NCBI GenBank assembly: GCA_000002435.2 | Contig: CM018793.1 | Source of the DNA: Giardia intestinalis | Lineage: Eukaryota | Length of the DNA: 64,000 nucleotides | Reading direction: 5' to 3' (one strand) | Shown: positions 10,844 through 19,444 of the stretch, in pieces | How positions within the stretch are numbered: position 1 is the stretch's first letter | Layout: every line of letters begins with the position of its first letter | Notes under the pieces: model-generated | Database searches by the model: none | Seen by the model: the letters and a program-made list of their open reading frames with translations, nothing else | What the model was told of the DNA's origin: nothing | Position numbers and translations under genes: made by a program

Positions 10844-12649
10844 ATGCAACTGTCTGCCATTTCCTCTCCCAACATATCTCGTACCAGGATAGATACATCC
10901 ACCGCAGAGATGAATGATCTGCAGGTTGTATCTCAGCTTGCTGCCGTGCTGCCTGATGAAGGATCAATTATGGGCCCCACGTTATCGCGTGTTCCAAACG
11001 CGACGGTGCCGACTTACCAAGTTAGGACTCCCCTGCGCATGCCTCCTCACTCTGAGATGGATGTGAGCGTTACACTGATATCCGATAACGCATCCTCTTG
11101 CGTCTGTCGTACTGATGTAGCAGGAAATATAGAATGCTTTTTGCGCCCTCTTCTAGAGCATTTGCAAGGAAACGCATACGTTGCAAAGTTGTTTGTAAGA
11201 TCTCTTGACCTTGGTGAGGGACGCGCAACTGTGGAGATCTCTCGAATGTCGCCTGTTGCACAAATAATAATAGATATAGTAGTAACGAACGACATCAATG
11301 TCTCGCGTCTTAGTACAACTGAGTATAAGCCTGGAGAGTCTATGCATGTGTCCTTAAGGGACCAACCTGCTCCACCTTTGGCTTACAGACCTGACTTTGT
11401 TCCTCTCCATGTTCTGCATCCTCCTGAGCACGGCAATGTAGATGACACGCGTGCGCTGGATATTACAAGGCAAGAAGTTGCGGGGTTCTATGATAGTACT
11501 CTTCGCCCTGACGTTTGCCTCACGAATTCAAGCGATACGCAACTACTCGACCGCCTTGAAAGTGCATCAGCTAGTGCATACGGCAACATGTCATTGCATC
11601 ATCCCCACGTCAATGAGGGCAACTTTAGGCCTCCTTCTGGAGTTGACGTCTCTAATACTGTATATACCTGCCAAAACCACTTTCCTGATAGAGCAATTTT
11701 GGACCAGCCTATACCACCATCTGCCAACTTGGTGGACGTCCGACCCGTCAGTCCAATGCTTAGAGGCCAGCATGTAGAGTCGTTCACTGTCTCAAAAAAG
11801 AAGTATATCAGAGTCCTACCCTCAGATTGCCTCTTTGGCCCTGCAACCACTGTACACCCTCAAATGCGTACTATTAGAATTCGTAACATCTACTCGTCAG
11901 ATATACGTGTTGAGTGTGCTATCGCATCTCGATCTTTTGCTTCCGAGAAGCAAAGCATTTACCCAGAACTTGCTGTAGGATCAGGAGCATTTGAAATAGT
12001 TTCTCAGGCGGAGTTCCGTATACCCGCATCTGCAGATCAAACAAAGAACTTTAGAGAGATCTCAATCCGCTTTTCTCCTTCCCATATTAATACTATTCTT
12101 CATGCGGCGAAAGTCATCATAAATGTGGCACCCGATGTCCACAGCGACCAGCATGATAATCGTGCCTTTCAAATACCTCTTCTTGGCATAGCAGGGCGTC
12201 CATTTCTGACACTCATGGGGGATGACTTGTCTCGCCCCGATGCTCTTATTAAAATTGGTGACCAAGTATCTCTCCGATTGAAGAACGATGGCCTGGCCCC
12301 TGCTTTTGTCAAAACTGCAGCCATCGTTCAACCGAAGGTTCCAGACGCGTCTGGGTACCTTTCGCACACGGCGTCAGAGGCATACAAGACCATACCTGAC
12401 AGCTGTATTATTGCCCCAGGCTGCTCTAAAGATATCTTTATTACACGTACTGGTGTGAGTAATAAGAATTCTGAAGAAGAGGAAGTTATTGAGATTCGAT
12501 ATGGGCACGAAGGTCTTCGTTTGCTTGGAATGGCCTATGAAGGCCGCGGACCATGGGCTGAATTAATTAAACAGCTCCAACTCCGCGAGGACCCCCTTCG
12601 CATTATGGGACAGAATATCGAAAAACTGACCATTAGATTGAAGGTGTAA
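10844..12649 (+). CDS. Hypothetical protein (601 aa), possibly with an MSP/ASH-like beta-sandwich segment.
   Basis: Long ORF starting 9 nt after the upstream stop. The segment IRIRNIYSSDIRVECAIASRSF...FEIVSQAEFRIPASADQTKNFREISIRFSP resembles ASH/MSP-type Ig-like folds. This assignment is weak. Confidence 0.5.
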   Translation: MQLSAISSPNISRTRIDTSTAEMNDLQVVSQLAAVLPDEGSIMGPTLSRVPNATVPTYQVRTPLRMPPHSEMDVSVTLISDNASSCVCRTDVAGNIECFLRPLLEHLQGNAYVAKLFVRSLDLGEGRATVEISRMSPVAQIIIDIVVTNDINVSRLSTTEYKPGESMHVSLRDQPAPPLAYRPDFVPLHVLHPPEHGNVDDTRALDITRQEVAGFYDSTLRPDVCLTNSSDTQLLDRLESASASAYGNMSLHHPHVNEGNFRPPSGVDVSNTVYTCQNHFPDRAILDQPIPPSANLVDVRPVSPMLRGQHVESFTVSKKKYIRVLPSDCLFGPATTVHPQMRTIRIRNIYSSDIRVECAIASRSFASEKQSIYPELAVGSGAFEIVSQAEFRIPASADQTKNFREISIRFSPSHINTILHAAKVIINVAPDVHSDQHDNRAFQIPLLGIAGRPFLTLMGDDLSRPDALIKIGDQVSLRLKNDGLAPAFVKTAAIVQPKVPDASGYLSHTASEAYKTIPDSCIIAPGCSKDIFITRTGVSNKNSEEEEVIEIRYGHEGLRLLGMAYEGRGPWAELIKQLQLREDPLRIMGQNIEKLTIRLKV

Positions 12650-12889
12650 ACAGATATAAATCCCTCTATAGAATCACATAGTAACGTATGATACACTAAA
12701 GTATGCAAGAAGGCAGGTAGAAGGCGAGACGATTGTTTCTTGATCGCTGAGTCTTCATTAAACAATTCGCGGTACACCAAATGTAACCTAAAATAATGAA
12801 TCCAGTAAATGAAGATACTGAAGTATACATTCGGTGATCGTGACTATTCACGATAAACCTGAACAATAGCAAGAGGGGCCTTTATAGCG

Positions 12890-14119
12890 TCAGGAGATTG
12901 TTGCCAATCTTTGATAATTTCCATCAAAAAGAGCCAAGAGAAGGCGCTTAAAGTTACCTGTAGAGATACTTCGTAGCTCAGTACGTAAGGGCTTCTTGCT
13001 AAAGTGCTGGAATTCTTGTGCAACGTTGCTGATGTCTTCAAGGCAGGCCAAAAATGCCCGAAGCAGGCTCCTATCCCTGTATTCCCTAATAGTTCTGTAA
13101 ATGATCCATGCATAACACCGAGCGGGGTTGGTAACAAAGTAGTATCTCAGGCGTAAGGCATAGGATATAACGCCTGTGAATTCTTCTTCCAGGACCGTGT
13201 CCAACTCTGTTCCAGTTCTGGACTTATACTCGGCTGCAACTGCTCGGAGGTGTGCTGGAGACGAAAGAAACAGCATTTCATAAAAGGTCGCTTCCCTGTG
13301 TGCAAAGCCTTTGGTGGCCTCTAGAAGCTCATCTACAGACGCGTCGACCTGGGCCCTGAACTGAGTACTGGTGGTATCCAAATGATCTATGCTTGCAATA
13401 GTCGTCAGTGAAGAAGATTTTCCATGTGAATCATTCGGCTTTTCAGTGCACAGCGCATACATGCCACGATAAGATAAACTATATAAGCCGACACTAACGA
13501 GCTGGTGGAGAGCCGACTGTCTGCTGAGAAAACTGAGGACATCAACAAACATATCTAAACCGCCTGTAAGCATATTGTAGGCGTTCCTCATCCCCATTAT
13601 GTCGGCATCTGTCCGCGTGCAAAGAAGCTCAATGACCTCTAAAAAGTTAGGCAGGCTGGACTGGCTGTCTCTTGCCTTTGCAATTATGCCATCACTGTGG
13701 TAAAGAGAGCCGTACAGGCACTCTGCATCATACTTGTAGGGGTCTGTAAAGTAGCCTCGAAGAAGCTCTCCGTAGTAACAAGAAGAAGGAATGATTGATT
13801 CTCCGTCATCAGGTCCTCCTTCTTCATGCTCCAGCCCCTCATATATCGCAGCAATACCGTTGACGGAGGACGAACCATAGATGGACAAGTGACCAAAGCT
13901 TCGGTGGGAGAAGCCATGAGCTGTAAAGAAGAGCTCGCCAAAATAAGCTTGGTACTTGAGCGTCATATAGACTGCTTGCTGCCGCGAAAGAGACTTACTC
14001 AGAGAAATTATCATCTTATGGTCATGTCTAGTAATTGCATCTTTGAGTTGAGAAAGCTTATTAGTCATGTTAGAGATAGTACAGTTGCGAGACATCCCGC
14101 AATATAGTACTAAGGACAT
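12890..14119 (-). CDS. Alpha-giardin-like annexin-family protein.
   Basis: Annexin-repeat-like segments LKDAITRHDHKMIISLSKSLSRQQAVYMTLKYQAYFGELF and ELLEATKGFAHREATFYEMLFLSSPAHLRAVAAEYKSRTGTELDTVLEEEFTG. At 409 aa it is longer than typical alpha-giardins (about 300 aa). Confidence 0.5.
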   Translation of the reverse strand: MSLVLYCGMSRNCTISNMTNKLSQLKDAITRHDHKMIISLSKSLSRQQAVYMTLKYQAYFGELFFTAHGFSHRSFGHLSIYGSSSVNGIAAIYEGLEHEEGGPDDGESIIPSSCYYGELLRGYFTDPYKYDAECLYGSLYHSDGIIAKARDSQSSLPNFLEVIELLCTRTDADIMGMRNAYNMLTGGLDMFVDVLSFLSRQSALHQLVSVGLYSLSYRGMYALCTEKPNDSHGKSSSLTTIASIDHLDTTSTQFRAQVDASVDELLEATKGFAHREATFYEMLFLSSPAHLRAVAAEYKSRTGTELDTVLEEEFTGVISYALRLRYYFVTNPARCYAWIIYRTIREYRDRSLLRAFLACLEDISNVAQEFQHFSKKPLRTELRSISTGNFKRLLLALFDGNYQRLATIS

Positions 14120-14160
14120 GTAGCTCTAGCCTTAGCGGACACAACTTGATATAATTTTTC

Positions 14161-16524
14161 TTGATACAATTTTTAAGAGGCGAACGCCTTTTGTACATTA
14201 TGAGACTGCACTTGCTATTGTACGCCTTTATATCCATGATCTTGGCATCTATTACATACGGTAGCTCAGACATGACAGTGGACGGACCAGTTATGGCTCT
14301 AGCAAGTTTCAACGACAAGAGACTGATAGATTTGGTTTCTCTAACTTCTGATCGTAAGTGTATTACTATTCAAACTAATAAGGGCCCGGTACGTTTACCA
14401 AGCGGCCGACCAGCCAATTCAGACGTTACTCTCAGCTCTGAGGGTTATCCGTCTATTTGTCCACGCGATAATGATGATTCTGTGACACAGAATCTTATCA
14501 TTATCCAAATAAAGGTGTTAGACTTTAGCAGGAATGGACGCATGGATCTGCTGGTATCCTTAGCTCCTGATAGTTATAAAATTGACCGTAACAACAAACA
14601 GGTGGTCAACCTTCTGTATCTTCAGGTCGGCGAAGAGAAAAGCAAGTACTCACTAAACACCCTTCCCACTCTTTTCCCAGAAAATACTATAGACTTTTAT
14701 AAGCCCATCAGATTGATCAATACAGCAGAACCGCCAGTCCCTCTCATGATAAACGACAATGTGTATGCACCAGACTTGGTCTATGCAGAGAATAACACAA
14801 CACTGAAGGTACTCATCAATCAGCTGGCAGACTATACAATAGGAGACGATGGTAATATTTCACTATACCGCTGTCTAAATGATGCTAAGGTGGCTTCCGA
14901 TTGTTTTAGAGATGCAGTACTATATGATGAAAGCATGTCAACGATACAGGGTGCTGAGGTTTCTATCCCACTGGACATATCGCAAGTTGACCTCAGTGGA
15001 AACTGCAAGCCTGAGCTTGCACTGAAAATGGATGTTAAGTGCCACGACATAAGTCAAGATGCCGTCTTTATTGATCAGATAAGTAGACTTTCAAAGGTTT
15101 CTTCGGCTGTGCTCAAGCAACACCTCCCCTATGGACAGACTGACGTTTGCTCTGTTGTGCAGGTCTTCACTCTTAATTACTCCAGCACATCTCCCGTTAC
15201 CCTCTATACACCAAGCCCTGAGCATTCTATCTTTCTCGGAGTAGGCGTTGGCATGCTCACCTTTGTCGACATAAACAATAATGCAGCGATAGATATTGTC
15301 TTCACCATCTGTCGAGGACGTGAGACATCTGAATGCCTTTTAGAGAATAGCATTCACATCCTGCACAATAAGCAAATGTATGTTTGTGCGTCTTCCTCGA
15401 GCACACAAGGTCTTTGTCGCGGGAAAACAGACATGTGTTTGGATGACCCCAACTATGCCTTTAATAGCCGTGAGATGGACATTATCATATATCCCATAGC
15501 TAATATTAAAGAGCCGGACACCGAAGAAATAATCTCCTTAACTGCAAACACTATGGCCAGCCAGTTCAATGTTCCTCGTGTAGTGGCTATAGACTACCGA
15601 CTCCAACGCAAGCTATCGCTCATTGTTCCAGTGAAGGCAAACAACGAAAACACACTCCTTATCTTAGATCTAGAGCCATGCAGTGGAAGTACTAGTAAAA
15701 TGATGGACGCATGGGAAAATAAGCGCTATGATGAGCTTCTGCAGCTACATCAGAGCGCACTCAGAGAGACTGAGCATTGTCCAGATTACCTTCAGATAAG
15801 TTCTATTGCAGACTACCGCGTTTACCCCTCCTATGTCGATACTAATCTTCTCAACATAGAGAACACTAAGGGCGCCTACCTCGGTAACTTTGTTGATTTT
15901 GTTGGAAATGGCCATGCTAACCTGGTTGTCAACATTCCTAGTACATCGGTTTTCCTCCAGATTTCTCTGCCTCAGCAGATCACTGGCTTCTTTCTCAAAG
16001 TCAAGGGCTTGAATGATCTTTGCTTTGACTCTTGCAAGTCAGCAAATCCTAAATGGAAGAAATGTTATTACACAACTGCGGTACCTGGAGTTAGCTTCAA
16101 GTATGTTACTAGCGATACTTCTGCTGTTCCAGCTGCGGGGGCAGGATCGCAGTTCTGCACTATCGCGGCTAACCCGCTTATGCTCCCGCATATGTTCTGG
16201 GGCATTAGCGACGTTGCCCAGTACATCGACGTCCTCTTTGCCGGGAACATTTATTCAGGCAACGACAACTATATGTACTGGAGCGGAATTGTCCCCAATT
16301 CTTATGTAACCATATCGCAGTATCCTCCGAGCGCCGCGTCTCGGTGGGTTCTCAACTCGTTTCTCCCTGATGTCAGAGGAACCGAATCGTTTGTCATTGT
16401 CTTCGCCCTGGGAACCTTCCTCATCCTCCTCCTCGTCACAATCAGTCTCCACTGCTGCGAGCTGAAGCGCGACAAGCAGCTAGAAAGACAGTACTCCCAC
16501 AGCCTCTACCGATCAGAGCTTTAG
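14161..16524 (+). CDS. Type I membrane protein (787 aa): N-terminal signal peptide, large ectodomain, single C-terminal TM.
   Basis: Signal peptide MRLHLLLYAFISMILASITYG. C-terminal TM FVIVFALGTFLILLLVTISL followed by a short basic tail. Confidence 0.55.
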   Translation: MIQFLRGERLLYIMRLHLLLYAFISMILASITYGSSDMTVDGPVMALASFNDKRLIDLVSLTSDRKCITIQTNKGPVRLPSGRPANSDVTLSSEGYPSICPRDNDDSVTQNLIIIQIKVLDFSRNGRMDLLVSLAPDSYKIDRNNKQVVNLLYLQVGEEKSKYSLNTLPTLFPENTIDFYKPIRLINTAEPPVPLMINDNVYAPDLVYAENNTTLKVLINQLADYTIGDDGNISLYRCLNDAKVASDCFRDAVLYDESMSTIQGAEVSIPLDISQVDLSGNCKPELALKMDVKCHDISQDAVFIDQISRLSKVSSAVLKQHLPYGQTDVCSVVQVFTLNYSSTSPVTLYTPSPEHSIFLGVGVGMLTFVDINNNAAIDIVFTICRGRETSECLLENSIHILHNKQMYVCASSSSTQGLCRGKTDMCLDDPNYAFNSREMDIIIYPIANIKEPDTEEIISLTANTMASQFNVPRVVAIDYRLQRKLSLIVPVKANNENTLLILDLEPCSGSTSKMMDAWENKRYDELLQLHQSALRETEHCPDYLQISSIADYRVYPSYVDTNLLNIENTKGAYLGNFVDFVGNGHANLVVNIPSTSVFLQISLPQQITGFFLKVKGLNDLCFDSCKSANPKWKKCYYTTAVPGVSFKYVTSDTSAVPAAGAGSQFCTIAANPLMLPHMFWGISDVAQYIDVLFAGNIYSGNDNYMYWSGIVPNSYVTISQYPPSAASRWVLNSFLPDVRGTESFVIVFALGTFLILLLVTISLHCCELKRDKQLERQYSHSLYRSEL

Positions 16525-16648
16525 CGCTCTGTACCGACATCAGTCGACCTTGCAGCCTCAATCCCTATGAGCAGATCGCTTAGTTCACTTGAAGGGAATT
16601 CGAGAGTATAGAAATAGACATAGGGACACAGTGCCACTGAAGACCAGG

Positions 16649-17602
16649 CTACTCCTGATCTACCTTGAGGGTCTCCTCAGGCACGTCAACCTCTGACGGG
16701 TCGTTGGTTGGCTCTGCAGTGAGGGCGTCTGGCTGAGTAAGGGCGGTGGCCTTGGTGCGGTCGTACAGCTTCTTGACGGCGGCGCAAGGGCAGCACTTGA
16801 GCACGCTGATGGCAACCGTGACCAGGACACCCACGGTAACCGTCAGGGCAAGGGGCCAAACTGTCCAGCCAATATCGTAATCCATTGCGACAGTGAACGT
16901 GCACGTGGGCGACCCTGCAGTAGTGGTACCGTCTAACTTCAAGGTAACTCCACTCACTATATTGCCATAGTTCTTCTCGAGTACGTCTTTAAGAGAAGAG
17001 ACAGTCATGGTGGTAACAGTAGTTGTTGATGAACTTGTCGATAGGTTCGATAATTTAACCGTTGCCATGAGGCGCTCGGCGGGGGGAGGGCCTGTGGGCA
17101 CTCCATTGAGCTTGGGCCAGTGTCGCCTAACCTTCTCTGTGACAAGATCGGCCCACGGCTTTGTTTCTGAGGTGGTAAACTTGCTGTTGACGAAGTTGAA
17201 GTCCATTAGGCAGCTGGCACCTTCTCCGTTTGTGCATGTGAATTTCTGGCCCGACTGCGTGTATACAAAGCTTGAGGCCTTTCCGCCGAAGACCGTGCTG
17301 GAAAATGCAGTGATAGCGTAGCTCTTGCTGTCTCCGGTTTCTGTGGTAATGGATGCGCCAGGAGGATTGGCCAGTTCGATTCCGAAGTGGCTCGTGTCAT
17401 CGAACCCGGCCTTTAGTATGTTGATCGAGTGCTTGTTTACCCTGACCGAGAACGTCAGGAGAACCGTTCGGGCACCGTTTGTCGTGGAGGTGCACGAGCC
17501 AGTGTATACCGTGTTGTAGCCTACCCGCTCACGGGGCTTGTGTGCTGGAAACGCCCCTGCCAGCAGGGCCTGGAAGAGGATGAGAGCAAATACCCCGGCC
17601 AT
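16649..17602 (-). CDS. Type I surface membrane protein (317 aa) with a Ser/Thr-rich stalk.
   Basis: Signal peptide MAGVFALILFQALLAGA. S/T stalk NLSTSSSTTTVTTMTVSS. TM LALTVTVGVLVTVAISVL followed by KCCPC. Only 16 bp separate its start from the stop of the next gene. Confidence 0.55.
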   Translation of the reverse strand: MAGVFALILFQALLAGAFPAHKPRERVGYNTVYTGSCTSTTNGARTVLLTFSVRVNKHSINILKAGFDDTSHFGIELANPPGASITTETGDSKSYAITAFSSTVFGGKASSFVYTQSGQKFTCTNGEGASCLMDFNFVNSKFTTSETKPWADLVTEKVRRHWPKLNGVPTGPPPAERLMATVKLSNLSTSSSTTTVTTMTVSSLKDVLEKNYGNIVSGVTLKLDGTTTAGSPTCTFTVAMDYDIGWTVWPLALTVTVGVLVTVAISVLKCCPCAAVKKLYDRTKATALTQPDALTAEPTNDPSEVDVPEETLKVDQE

Positions 17603-17618
17603 TTGTTAATATTTGCGT

Positions 17619-18800
17619 CTAATTTACACCGTCCAAATCCGGCTCGGCAATGATGCCCTCGATGACCGTCAGCAGCGAGTCGGCTAGATAGCAGCGGTCT
17701 CCCAGCGACTCCACAGTGCTCAAGTGGAGCTCCCGCAGAAGGGGATAGGCTCCCAGGTCCTGCAGGCTTTTCTTTCCGTGATCGGTGTGGCAATACAGGA
17801 GCAAGCAATCGCTAAGGTTGGCACACGTCTCTTCGCTGGGAAACCTAAGCGACGAAAGGCTAGCCATGTGCGCCTGAATCCTCTCTGGCAGGGCAGCATG
17901 CTCTTCTGGAGTCAGCCCGGCTCCACGTGGCTCCGCTTTGGTCTCAAGGCTTCTCTCGCAAACAAGAGCTAGCAAGATATGTTCTACCAACGGCTCAAGC
18001 ATCTCGGCGGTCTGAGCCCGGTTCTCGGCCTGATCGGACCCAGTAGCGGACTGGTCAGCGGGTCGGAGCATCAAAAACATGTTGTGGAGGAGCTGGCTGT
18101 ACTGAAAGGATATCCCTGGATAATCAGCGGCTGTATCAACAATGTGGGCTCCAACAAGGTTCGCCGCGAGAGAGTCGACAAAGAGGTGCGCGACAGATGG
18201 AGCGTCCCCTGTGGCTGTGGCAATGTTGATCAGCAGGTAGAGCGATCGCTGAATGAGCGGAGCAGTGCCAACCGTTGCTTTAGTGAACGATATGTTAAAC
18301 ATGAGCCCTGCAGCATTTGGCAAGCTAGGAGACGTCAGCAGGGTCCTAGTTATCTCCAGACATCGAGTAAAATTTATCAGAATGGCAGCAAACACCGTGT
18401 GAATCCTATTCTCCGGTGTTAGACGCAGGAGGGCCATTAGAAGGTACTCTAAAAGAGGAGATAAAGACGGAGAGGCGGCGAGGGCGTCTAGAAACTCCTG
18501 GGCTCTGCTTGCAGCCAAAAAGACTTGCTGCGAGAGGAGAACCTCCGTGAGCTCCTCCTCCCGCTCTGGCGTGGACCTGGCCTTTGCAGACAGGGCATCG
18601 ATGACAGCAGGGGACGACAGGGCGGAGATTACGTCGGGGTCATCCGAGGCCCGTACCAGCGTCGTGAGCGTCTCTGCAGTTAACGACGGCGGCGTCCTTT
18701 TCAGCGCAGAAAGACAGGGATCCATGTTCAGGGAAATGTCCTCAGTTGCCGGGGGCTGGCTCTTTGCCCACAACAGTGGGGGATTTTTTGCTACCCCCAA
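17619..18800 (-). CDS. Hypothetical alpha-helical (ARM/HEAT-like) protein (393 aa). Its first 291 bp lie inside the left inverted-repeat arm.
   Basis: Complete ORF. The N-terminal 97 codons are duplicated in the right arm as the truncated ORF 37451-37750. Confidence 0.55.
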   Translation of the reverse strand: MGVAKNPPLLWAKSQPPATEDISLNMDPCLSALKRTPPSLTAETLTTLVRASDDPDVISALSSPAVIDALSAKARSTPEREEELTEVLLSQQVFLAASRAQEFLDALAASPSLSPLLEYLLMALLRLTPENRIHTVFAAILINFTRCLEITRTLLTSPSLPNAAGLMFNISFTKATVGTAPLIQRSLYLLINIATATGDAPSVAHLFVDSLAANLVGAHIVDTAADYPGISFQYSQLLHNMFLMLRPADQSATGSDQAENRAQTAEMLEPLVEHILLALVCERSLETKAEPRGAGLTPEEHAALPERIQAHMASLSSLRFPSEETCANLSDCLLLYCHTDHGKKSLQDLGAYPLLRELHLSTVESLGDRCYLADSLLTVIEGIIAEPDLDGVN

Positions 18801-19444
18801 CCTGGGGTGTAAAGCAGCCGGACTTCACCGTGCACAGAATAGAGCCTATCTTGGCTGGGACTACTTCCGAGTCCACACCGGTGGCTTTCTGCCGTACAAC
18901 ACACCACATCATTGGAACAAGAAGGCGTTGTGACTGAGGGGCTCTGGGCTGCTTATCCAATGAAGGGGCGGCTTCCAAGCTCACTGGCGGGATATACCTA
19001 CGCTAGTGCACATTGTAGGCTACGCCAATGGAGCAGAGCTACGGCTCCGTCTGAACGGCCGCACATCCCGCTGTGCACCCCTGGATTAGCACTCGTGGCT
19101 ACACGTACTGAACAGAACATCCCCGCCAGCTCGCCTGTTCTGCTGATACTGTCAGGATCACCGATCCCTCCAACGTCCCAGTAAGCCGGCCATCCGATAC
19201 CGGCCAGGAAGCACAGATACATAGGACATCGGAGGATGCTCGAAATCTCCTGCTCTGGAATGGCTGTCGTCCTCCCCCTCTGGGTCTCTATTATAGTTGT
19301 ACTAGTAGTCCACTGGCGTCCAACTCAATAATCACACACTCATCAAGCTAGTAACATCCAGAACAAGCCCTCTATAGATTCCTGCTAGTGTAACTGCCAC
19401 GTGGTTGGAAGCGCACTACTAGAGGCTGGCCATTTACTATAGGG

